From assembly GCA_002104945.1 (NCBI GenBank), contig MCFH01000004.1, positions 1,302,001 to 1,366,000 of the forward strand: a DNA stretch of 64,000 nt. Direction: 5' to 3'. The first letter of the stretch is position 1. Each line of letters opens with the position of its first letter. Under the pieces are notes generated by a model. It saw only the letters and a list, made by a program, of their open reading frames with translations, was not told the origin of the DNA and did not search any database. A program made the translations under genes and the position numbers. Shown here piece by piece: positions 52,058-64,000 of the stretch. The DNA comes from Piromyces finnis finn. Its lineage: Eukaryota; Fungi; Neocallimastigomycota.

Positions 52058-53531
52058 GTTTATTACTATTAATAACACATATATGTAATGCCATTAATAT
52101 ATATAAAAAATATTGGTATTTTAGGGAGATTGGTATAAATTTCACATCGATATAAGTAGTATTGAACTCCAATGTAACATAAATAGATTTTCCTTTATAA
52201 ACTTGAGTGCAAAAATTCAAGAATTAAGTATAAAGAATTTTTATGCAAAAACGGTATGGCGAAAAAATATAATAAAATAATAATAAAAGTAATAATAATA
52301 ATAAAAGTAATATTAATAATAATTTATTAATTCATTAATAAATATTAGAATATTAAAAATACATCCATTGCTAATAACAATAAACAATATGAGTGTGATG
52401 AATTAGCAAGTATAATTCCTTTTTTCAATGAAGATCAAGAAATAGATTGGATAAATATATCTGAAAAAGTGGATCATATGTTATTTCAACCAAATAGAAT
52501 TTTAGCTTATGGTGTAAATCCTGATGGATATATAAGTTTTGAAACGACAGAAGAATATACTTCGCCAATTCTTGTTGAAATGGAAGTTTTAGTAAGTTAT
52601 TTAATAGAATCATTATATATATATAATATATAATGTTTATCTATTAAATATAATAATGTTAACATATATTAATATATTATAATATTTCAATTAAAATATA
52701 ATAATACTCTTGAAATATTATATATTGATTAAAATATAATATTTAATATTTTAATTATTATGATAGACTTCATACACACACTGGATCATTGAATTTTTAG
52801 ATTCTTTAGGAAATGTATTAAATAAAATTGATATAACCAATAAACAACTTTCCATGGTAAATATAATATAAATTTATGTGTATATATTTTAAAATTGTAT
52901 AAATAGCATATTTATATGTATTTAAACAATTTATAATGATTTAATTAATGAATAAATTTTAATTAAAATGGTATCGATATAATGTTGTATGAAGGATTCA
53001 TGGACAGTTATAACACAGTCATCTGAAAATGCGACTGGCGAAAAAAAAAATAAAATGAAAAGTTTCAAAATATATCATGATTCAACAAAAAATGAAGATT
53101 TAATAATTCGTAGTTTACATTTCCATCCTGTAATTTTCAATTTTCACTTTAAATTTTATATTTAATTTTATTTTTATTTCAATAGATGGCAAATAAATTT
53201 AAAACATATATACATATATTATATATTATTAATAATGATTATTATTAATTTTTTATTTTCATTTATATAATATATATAGTACAGTCCACCAATTGAATCA
53301 GGCATTTCTGGTGATGAAAGTTGTTGTAGTATTAAGTATTGTGCATGCGAAGTTGTTTATGAAACAGTTTATTTTGATGATGATGATGAAGTTCCAGCAG
53401 ATGCTGAAATTATCTATGATTATAAAAGGGAAAATAAGGAAACTGAAAATGATGATGAAAAAAAGGGTGACATTCAAAAAAGATCATTGTATAATAGAAT
53501 AGGTTCTTTTTTAAGAAATTTAAACATTTAA
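50763..53531 (+). CDS. Secreted non-catalytic protein with three tandem beta-sandwich, CBM29-like modules
   Basis: Ten exons joined in frame. Signal peptide MPRLIFLISLFVTLVLLNSYVNG. Module 2 (ISWSWD...QYGAFSM...VEFELM...DWYKFHIDIS...INRFSFIN...LSIKNFY) follows the motif order I recall for Piromyces NCP1 CBM29. The gene model is well supported; the family assignment is from memory and moderate. Confidence 0.72.
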
Positions 53532-55527
53532 AATTTATAGAATGATTTATTCCTTTCTATTAAGATAATTATAAAAATAATAACAATAATAAAAACCATT
53601 GATCTATCTTATAATTTATTGAATTTTATAAAAATATAAAAATAAAAAAAAATAATAATACCATATAGAATATTATAAATTAACCAAACTGAAAACATTA
53701 TTTATTAAGTATTATTAAAGAATTAAATGTTTATGTTTATATACTGTAAAAAAAATACACTTTAAATAATGCAATAATAAAATATAAATATATAGAACAT
53801 CATAGTTTTATTTCTATATTATTTCTATGGGATGACTTAATATATATCCTAGATTTTTGACGTATTTGGCCAGAAGAATTTCAACCTCTGCCTGAATTCT
53901 AACCAGATTTTTTTCAAAAAAACCCAGATTTTTCTGGTATTTTCCTATTTTTAAGGAAAGAATTTAAAATTTATTTAAAGGGTTAGATTAAACATTACTA
54001 ATTTATTATTATTAATGAGGTTTTTTTTTCCCTTAAATTGTAGGAATGGTTATATAATTGAAATACAGGATTTAAATTCTTTATAAAGGTCAATACGTTA
54101 CATTATTAATATTTGACTTTTATTTTTAAATTAAATTTTAAATATAATTTAAAATAGGGAATTTGTATCACATTAAATATTTATTTTTTTATATATATTC
54201 TAAAAGCAAATAATAAAAACAAATAATAAAAACAAAAACAAATAATATTTATTTACTATTTATAAATATTTTTAGTTTTTTTTTTATCTTGTTCTATTTA
54301 ATATCTAAACTCTTTATCTTTTTTTTTTTTTTTCCTTTTAAATAACAACAATGACATTAAAAATAAAGTGATTTAGTGTTATCTAACTAATTTTAAAATT
54401 AAGATTAATTTTGCCAATCAGGGTGGGATTGGAAATCTTAAATTGACAGTTTTATCTAACAGAAATAAAGATAATATTTTGTGGATATTTTCCAATTTTT
54501 ATATTGTTTAATAGAGTTGTTGGTTAGGAATGTGGTTTGTCCATAAAATATTTTTAATATTTAATCAAATCAAATCAATATCAATTATTTAAAAAAAAAA
54601 GGTACATAAATAGAAATACATAAGTAATAGGCAGGTAGTTTTTTTTCTATTTTTTTAAAAAAAAAAACAAGAAAATATTTAAATTTTTTTTTATCTTTTT
54701 TTAAATAATAATTATTATTATTTTTATTAAAATATTAAATTAAATATTGATTTTAACTAAATTAAAATTATTTATATATAAATAATATATAAATATAAAA
54801 TTTACATATTACAAAAAAAAAAAAAAAAAAAGAATTAAACTTTAATTAAAATATATTAAATTTTTATTCCTTTATAAATATATATATATATATTTTTTTC
54901 TATAATAAAAGTCTTTACTATAGTAAAATAAATAAATACAATACAAAATAATAAAAAATAAATAGTGCATAAACAAGAATACCTTGAACAAACAAATAAA
55001 TAGTAAAATTAAACGGTATTGCACTACTTTTATTTTTATATGAATAATGGATAGAATAATAAATATTTAATGAAAATAAAAAAGATAATTTATTTATTTT
55101 TCAAAATGGCATTGAAAAAAGTATTGCCCTGTCATTTTTTACATAATAGAAAGTAAACAAACAAATGAATAGAAAGAAAAGTATTTAAATAACAAAAAAT
55201 AATTAATAGTATAATCTTAAATACCGATGAAGTTATTAGTTGAAATAAAAAGAATAAAACTTTTTTGAAGTTTTAATTTAACAAAACTATAAATATATTT
55301 TATGCTCATAATAATACATTAATATTTCAGTTGGCTAAAAAGAAAAAAAGAATAATAATATACTTATCTCTTTAACATATATAAACAACAATAAATATAT
55401 TAATATATACTTTATTTTTCTAAATATCATAATATTATATTTAAATGCTGTGTTTAAATTTTCGTGAAAACCTTAAAATCTCATTTATAAAAGTAGTTAA
55501 ATTTTATATATTGCAACAATAATCAAA

Positions 55528-55876
55528 ATGACCGAAGTGTTATCTGAAACTGAATCTCAAACTCCTGTTGATCCACTTATTAAACTTGATCCTTGGCTTT
55601 CACCATTCAAACATACATTTTTAACAAGGTATAAATTTCATTATAAATTTGTGTATTTAAATTATAAATACAAATAGTTATAGCTATTTTTTTGTAATAG
55701 TATCAACAAATACTATCATATATAAAATCATTATTATTATTATTATTACAAATTTGTTATAATTATTATTAATGCTTTTCAAATTATTATTTAGATATTT
55801 TTATATTTTTAAAATTATGAAATAATAAATAATAAATAATAAATAATAAATAATAAATAATAAATAATAAATAATA

Positions 55877-55934
<58 letters not shown>

Positions 55935-58900
55935 TTGTAAATATATTAATGTATCATATTTATTGTTAATTGTTAAAAAATTTTTTTTATTAAATATTTT
56001 ATTTTAGATACAATATCTTTACAAAATGGCTTAATGACTTCAAAAATAATGAAAATGGTATTGAAAATTTTGCTAGAGGTTATGAACACATGGGTTTTAA
56101 TGTTACTCCAAAAGGTATTTATTACCGTGAATGGGCTCCAAATGCTGTTCGTGCACATCTTATTGGTGATTTCAGTATCCTTTTTTTTATATATTTTTAC
56201 TTTTTTATACATTTTCTGGAATTATTTAAATGAATAAGTTGAAAATAATATTATATTAAACAGTAAAGAATGAAAAATTTGTTTGCTATATTTCCTTAAT
56301 TTTATTCAATTTATTTTAATAAAATTTGTCATTAAAAAGACAATTGGGATAGAACTACTCATGAAATGCATGCCAATCAATATGGTGTTTGGGAAATCTT
56401 TATTCCAAATAAGATGGATAATACTCCAGCAATTGAACATAATACTAATGTTAAAGTAATACATCTATTAATTACAGCAATATTATTAATAATATATATA
56501 TGCCTTTTTATTAATTATATATAAATATTAAAAAAGATTAATTTAACATTACCAAATGGTGAAGAAATTGATAGAGTTCCAGCATGGATTAATAGAGTAA
56601 CTCAAGATCCAAAGAGTAAATAATTGTTTATAATTTTCAATATATGTAATATAGATTAAGTGGTATATAAAGATTAATTTTCCATATTAATATATATGAT
56701 TTTATAATTCATAAATTTTACTATCCATGATAAATAGAAAGTCCAGTTTATGAAGGTATATTTTAATATTATTAATACATTAATATAAATATTTTAAACT
56801 TTTTAGCTCAATTCATCAATTCATATTAATAACAATAATATCAACAATAATAACAATAATAATAACAATAATAATTAAATTGATGCTATTTTTTTTTTTT
56901 TTTTTATTTTTTAAATTTCCAATGTATAAAAGCTGTTTTCTGGAATCCACCACAAAAGTATGTATTTAAAAATAAGGCACCACCAAAGCCAGTTGGTTTA
57001 AAGATTTACGAAGCTCATGGTAATATGCCTTTATAAGAATAATAATTTATTTTTTTTTTTTGTAATATAATCATTCAATAATATTTAATATTTTTTATTA
57101 TATGACCAATAGTTGGTATTGCTTCTAGTGAATGCAAAATTGCCTCTTATAAGGAATTTACTAAAAACATTCTTCCAAGAATAAAATATCTTGGTTACAA
57201 TACTATTCAACTTATGGCTATTATGGAACATCCATATTATGCTAGTTTCGGATACCAAGTTACTAGTTTCTTTGCTGCTTCAAGTAGATATGGTACACCA
57301 GAAGATTTAATGGAACTTATTGATACTGCTCATGGTATGGGAATTTATGTTTTACTTGATCTTGTTCATTCTCATGCTTGTAGTAATGTATTAGATGGTT
57401 TAAATGAATTCGACGGAACTGGTACTATTTCTCTTTATAATATTTAAAATAGTTTTAATTATTTGTATTATAAAAATTGTTTAAATACTATGGCAAATTT
57501 ATATTAATTATCATTACTAATTAATTATATATTTAATAGATCATCAATACTTCCACAGTGGTGGTAGAGGCCATCATGATTTATGGGATAGTAGATTATT
57601 CAACTATGGTAATTACGAAACCTTAAGATTCTTATTATCTAATGTTCGTTACTGGATGGATGTATATCATTTCGATGGTTTCCGTTTTGATGGTGTAACT
57701 AGTATGATGTACAAACATCATGGTATTGGTGTTGGTTTTAATGGAAGTTACAATGATTATTTCAATAATGACAGTAATGATTTAGAAGCTATCATTTATC
57801 TTATGCTTGTAAGATCATAGATTAATACTAATATAATATATAATATAACATTAAGCAAACATATACACTCCAATTTAATTTCATCTAAAAATATATATAT
57901 CTAAATATTTTTTATTATCAATACCATTTTTTATTATGTTTGTAATATATTTATAATTATATAATTATCAACTACATTTGCTGTGTTACACACAAATCAA
58001 TTCAAATTATCAAGGCCAATTATTTAATTCATCTTGTTAATCCAAATGCAGTTACTATTGCTGAAGATGTTTCTGGTATGCCAACTTTATGTCGTCCAGT
58101 TTCCGAAGGTGGTATAGGTTTTGATTATAGATTATCCATGGCTGTACCTGATATGTGGATCAGAATCTTGAAGGAAATTAAGGATGATGATTGGGATATT
58201 GGTAACATTTGCTGGACTTTAACCAACAGACGTTATATGGTAAAAAAAAATAATTATTTATTGAAAAATATAAATATATATATGATCGTCTTTGATCAAT
58301 TAAAATTAGCAATAAAATTTATTAATTAAAAAATTTGGTATATTTATCTTAGGAAAAAACTATTGCTTATGCTGAAAGTCACGATCAAGCTTTAGTTGGT
58401 GATAAAACTCTTGCTTTCTGGTTAATGGATAAAGAAATGTACACAAATATGTCAGTATTAAGTGAATTAACTCCAGTAATCGACCGTGGTATTGCTCTTC
58501 ACAAAATGATTAGATTATTAACACATTCTCTTGCTGGTGAAGGTTACTTAAACTTTATTGGTAATGAATTTGGTCACCCAGAATGGCTTGTATGTATTTT
58601 TTATAATAGTATTGAAAAATGTTGAATAATAATAAAAGGGATAAATAATTTAGTTATTATTTCATTCGTATAATAGTAATATTAAATATATTAATCTTGA
58701 ATATTATGTATTATTGAAAATATAAAATTTATTCTCTTAAAAAAATAGGATTTCCCAAGAGCTGGAAATGGAAACAGTTATTTATATGCTAGAAGACAAT
58801 TTAATTTAATTGATGATAAATTATTAAGATACAAGTTCTTAAATGAATTTGATAGAGCTATGCAAACATTAGAAAATAAATACAAATGGTTAGATTCTCC

Positions 58901-59420
58901 ACAAGCATACATTAGTTTAAAGCATGAAGCTGATAAATTAATTGTTTTCGAAAGGGGTAATTTATTATGGATCTTCAATTTCCATCCAACTAAGAGTTTC
59001 TCAGATTACCGTGTTGGTACTAACTGGGGATCAGCGTATGTTTTTCTATTTATTTACAATACATATATATGATATAACTTTTTTATTAACTTAAACGATA
59101 TCTTTTCTAATTATTCCAATTATTATTGTTACTATTATTATTATTATCGTATAACATGTTATTATGGTTATAGACATTACATTGTCTTAAATACTGATAG
59201 AAAAGAATTTGGTGGTCAAGAAAGAATCAATGAATCAATAAAGCATTTCCCACAAAAATTAGAATGGAATGGACGTCCATACTTTATTCAAGTAAGAATC
59301 TATTAAAGGAAGAATTAAAAGCTAATTATTATATTTTGACTAATGAAATCATAAATTAATTTAAAAAAATTCTAGGTATATATTCCATGTAGAACAGCTG
59401 TTGTATTAGCACATGAATAA
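55528..59420 (+). CDS. GBE1: 1,4-alpha-glucan branching enzyme, canonical paralog B (GH13 + CBM48)
   Basis: 13 in-frame exons. [76 protein letters not shown]; ends [14 protein letters not shown]. Confidence 0.96.
55824..55930. repeat. Compound (AAATAAT)n/(AAT)n repeat in intron 1 of GBE paralog B
   Basis: Read directly from the sequence. Confidence 0.9.
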
Positions 59421-60594
59421 ATGATTCATTAGCTTTTCATCATTTCTTTTCCTTTTTTATATTAGTATTAAATTATTTTTTTTAATGAATTAACGTTTTC
59501 TTTTTTTCATTCACTTTTCAATAATCAATTACTATTGCTAATAGTGATGACACAAAAAACAAACAAACAAACAAAAAAAAAAAACGGAAAATTATAATAA
59601 GATAAATTAAAAAAAAAATCTATATAATAATAAAAAATATTATTATTAGCAGTAGTAGTGACCTTAGACCAACTAATTAATTATCAACATTTTCAAATTT
59701 ATTGTTATGATATTAATATTTATAGTTTATAAAAAAAATTAAAAATGGATAATTTCGACTGTATTTATTAATACTAAATTATTATTAATATCGGGAAAAT
59801 AATAATATAATGACGATTGAATCATAATAATAATAACAGTTAAAAACAAAAAAACAAAAAAACTTACAGTAAATCTTATTTTACAAATAGTAAAAATAAA
59901 AAAACATCATCATCAAGTTAAATATAGTTTTGTTTTAATAATTATATACAATAATATAAATATATTTTTATAATAAAAGAAAAAAATAATAATAGTATTA
60001 TAATTTTTCTTTTATTTTTTAATATTTATTGTAGTTATTTTAGAAGAATTCTATTATATAAAGAAACTTTTAAAAATAATTTTATCAACATTTTTTCTTT
60101 AAAAAAAAAAAAAAGAAATTACATAATATAAAACATATAAATAAATTAAATAAATAATAAAATTAAATGTATTTATCATGATTAAAAAAAAAAAGTTTAT
60201 CCTAATAACTTTTTTTTATATTTTAAATAAAAAAAATAATAAATATATATAAAGCAATTAATATTAAAAAAAAAAAAAAAAAGCTTTTTCATCCGTTGTA
60301 AAAATAATATTCTGTGTTTAGTAGATGATCCATTTTTAAAAGGTTAGAAATTACATTTCATTAATTAATTAACCAATAGATTTTTATTACATAATTGGAT
60401 AGAATGGAAAAAAAAAAGAAGTTAAAAAAAAAAAAGAACTTGTAGTGGTGGTACTTAGGGTGTTTTTCTATTATGTAAACTATTTGATATAATGAATGTA
60501 GACATTTATTATTTTAGCTCATTATTTTATTTAATATAAATTTTTTATTGAATTTCTATTTCATTATATAAAAATTATAAACTAAATATTAATG

Positions 60595-60812
60595 AAATAA
60601 ATAAATAAATAAATCAATAAATAAATAAATAAATCAATAAATAAATAAATAAACAAATGAATGAATTAATAGAAAAATAAATAAATGAATGAATTAATAG
60701 AAAAATAAATAAATAAATAAATAAATAAATGAATTAATAGAAAAATAAATAAATAAATAAATAAATAAATGAATGAATTAATAGAAAAATAAATAAATAA
60801 ATAAATAAATAA
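60595..60812. repeat. Compound (TAAA)n array with four interspersed GAATTAATAGAAAAATAAATAAAT units
   Basis: Minisatellite-like unit repeated four times within 60655-60810. Confidence 0.85.
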
Positions 60813-61975
60813 TATTAATTAATTTTAATTTTGTAATAAATAAAGTTTCTTAATATCATTATTGATAACATACAAAATTTGTTTTTATTTCAAATTTTTA
60901 ATTTAATAAATAATAATTATATAAAAAATCAGTTAAAAGTTTAATATTAAAATTATTAATAATTAATAATATATTGATACATTGATACACAATTATTAAA
61001 AGAAAATTTTCATTTTATATGTTTTCTTTTTTCTTAATAAAAATTAAAAAAAAAAAAAAATAAAAATAAAAAAAGTATAATTTTATATATATTTTAAAGT
61101 GTAACTTTTAGTTTATATCGTATTTTTCTCAATTATTATTATTAAATTAAAACTCTATTAATGTTATAATATTTTTTTTTTCTATACCTAATATATCAAT
61201 ATATAATTAGTAATTGACTTGAATCTCATTAACTTTGAGGAAGAATGTTCATGTAGAATAAGGAAACAAGAATTATGAATTGATTATAGCCTTATAAATA
61301 TTTTCACTAAATAAAAAAAAAATATATATAGTACTAAGTAGAAAGATAAGGAAAAATTGTTAAAGTAAATAAAAAAGAAATTAATTTTATATAAACAAAT
61401 ATTAAATATAAATAATTTATTAATTAAATTAAATATATTCAGATAATAAATATTAACTTTTTTTTTTTTCTTATTCTTTCATTCTACATATATTATGCTA
61501 TATTAAGAAATTATATTATTTATTTAGATAATAATAACAATAAAAGTAAAAGTAAAAACAAAAAAACAAAAAAAAAAAAAAAAAAAAAGAAATATAAACC
61601 AAAAAGAAAAAAAAATACAAATAATTATAACGAAATATTTATAATTAATCAATTTTTGTTATTAAAAACAAACAAATAAATAAACAAACAAACAACAATA
61701 ATAACAAAAAAAAAAAAAAAAAAAAAAAAACAATAATATAAAGATTATACCATATAAGAAATAAAAGTAGAAAATAATATAATAAGATATATATAATTAG
61801 ATTTTTTTTTTCAATTTTTATTTAGGTAATTGAACCTATTATATTAAGAGAATATTTTTCCCCCTTATTTTCAAATTTCAACTAAAACCAAACGTATTTT
61901 TAAAGAAAAACAAATATTAGTATATAGAAAAGGTTTTTTATTATAAGAAAAACTTTGAAAGTAAAGAGATAAAAA

Positions 61976-63831
61976 ATGAATTTTAAATTTAATAACAATA
62001 AAAAGTTATTTTTAATAGGTAAATTTTATAATGAAAGAATTAGTGTAATATGTATAAATTCACTAATATAGATTTTCTGTATTTCTATTTATATAGCATT
62101 TTTATTCTTATTCATAATACCGGCTATTATTTGTGAAATCCCAAGTAATAACGAGGTAAAAAAAAATATATATATTAAATAAGAATAATGTAATAATAAA
62201 AAAATTTTGTTTTAAAACTATTCTTATTTAATTATTTTAGGCTGATTTAAAAGTTCAAAATGAAGAAGAAGTAAATATTATGAAAAACTATTAATTTTTT
62301 TATTTTTTCTCATTCTTTATTAAAAAACACACACACACATTTATATGAATGTTTCAATTTATATTAATATATTGTTTTTATTATAAATCAGGAATTAAAG
62401 TTTAATAATGAAAATATTAATGCTGATAATTCTTTATCCGGCGAAGAAGGTGTACATGATAATAATGATAATATAAATGATTCTATTAAGGAAGAAAAAG
62501 TAGAAAATGACATTGTTGATAACAGCGATTCACCAAAAGAAGAAAGTGATAAGATAAAGATAAACAATAAACAGAAAAGTGTAAGTAGTTTTTTATGAAT
62601 GATTGAAAAATTGTTATTATAATAGATCAATAGTTGTAATATTCTTATGATATGTAATTTTGTATCTTATATGTATGATGTATTAATGAAATACTTATAA
62701 TTTATTCGCAAATTTAAAAAATATTTTTAAGTCAAAGGATGAAAATGAAGGTATTTTAAAATTCTATTTTCTATTTGTAAAAATATAATGAATATAAGAA
62801 TGAATACAATTACTAATCAATATAAATATTAATTAATACATAATCAATACATTCTATTCTATACAATTTCTTAATATTTATATCCAGGCTATAAATACTA
62901 TGACAAAGCTATGGAGATTCTTGAGACTGTACCAGATAAAGTATATAATAAAAAACCACAAAGAACTTTTGTAGGTATTTTAACTAATGCCTTCAAGAAA
63001 ATTACTGGAAAACCAGAATTTAAATACTATGAAAAGCCAAAAATTAAGGATAGATATTTTGATTTAGATGAAGACATCAGTGATGACGAGCAAGATAATG
63101 ATAAAAAATTAAAGAAAGCTTTGAATTTATTAGAAAAAGCTGGTCTTGATTATAATTTAGAAGAAGCTTTAGAACAATTAGTTGAAATCAATTTCGTAAT
63201 TATCCTTTTTTTTTTTTTTAAATATCTAATATATATATTTTTCCTTTTTTACAATATAATATCAAGATATATTACATAATCGATGATTATTCCTTGATAA
63301 TATATATGATGTTAATATATTATTTTTTTTATTATACTATTAATGAATTCCAATAATAAAACATACAATCCTATCCTATTATTTCATTTTATGTACTTGA
63401 TAGTTTGCAACCCATGGTGCTGTAAGAAATATGCCAGCTGCTTTCAAATACATTAATATTTTATGTACAGAATTTGGAAATGCTGATGCTCTCTATAAAT
63501 TAGGTTTAATATATTCTACTGGTTTAGGTGGTGTTGTTGACAGAGATCAAGCAAAGGTAATATTTTTATAAAAAACTTTATTAAATAATGTGTTATTAAA
63601 GAGAATAAAAATGAACATGATCTTGGCATAATTTTAAAAAATATTAATTTGGTTTTTTTTTTTTTTTTTTTTTTTTTAATGAAATTTAGGCTTTATTATA
63701 TTATACTTTCTCAGCATTAAATGGTAATAAGGAAGCTGAAATGGTTTTAGGTTACAGATATATGCATGGTATTGGTACATCAAGAAATTGTGAAGAAGCT
63801 GTCTGGTATTATTCAAAGATTTCCAAGAGAG
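61976..63831 (+). CDS. HRD3: SEL1-repeat ERAD lectin adaptor HRD3/SEL1L, 5' part (continues off the right edge)
   Basis: Spliced signal peptide MNFKFNNNKKLFLIAFLFLFIIPAIIC, then an acidic linker, then SEL1 repeats: [68 protein letters not shown]. Confidence 0.85.
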
Positions 63832-64000
63832 GTAGTTTTTTTTTTTTTTTTTTTTTTTAAATAAGAATAATTATAATAATAAATTTATTTTGATATTATG
63901 TATACCTATATACATTTTCTTTAATCGATGAATATTTAATATTTATAATATATAATTTCACAAAATCTAATCCATAAATATGTAGTCATGGATTATTTAG

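Noticed and set aside
45586-59420. GBE pair as uncollapsed haplotypes or an assembly artefact
   Set aside because: The proteins, intron sets and intron sequences differ far too much for allelic copies.

Overview
Extremely AT-rich, intron-dense eukaryotic DNA. The composition, intron style and CBM29-like modules suggest an anaerobic gut fungus (Neocallimastigomycota); this is inference. I reconstructed 13 protein-coding genes by manual splicing: a Tra2-like RRM protein (partial), an 89-aa orphan ORF, CSN1, a ~3,600-aa PH-RhoGAP with a ~1,500-aa glutamate-rich repeat tail, NOC3, a signal peptide-TM-SH3 protein, a TPR-ankyrin-MYND protein, RAD51C, NSA1, NIP7, two glycogen branching enzyme paralogs and HRD3/SEL1L (partial). 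A 14th gene, encoding a secreted protein with three CBM29-like modules, lies between the two branching enzyme genes, which are head-to-head. No rRNA, tRNA, CRISPR array or intact transposon was recognised. The most notable observations: (i) the inverted branching enzyme pair, one copy with altered substrate-loop and CBM48 motifs and a different intron set; (ii) three pre-60S assembly genes within ~20 kb, each with a same-orientation ATGATTGGY CCAAT box 90-190 bp upstream of the ATG; (iii) the giant acidic RhoGAP tail; (iv) frequent AAG 3' splice sites, some after long A tracts. All exon boundaries and counts were made by eye and need RNA-seq confirmation.
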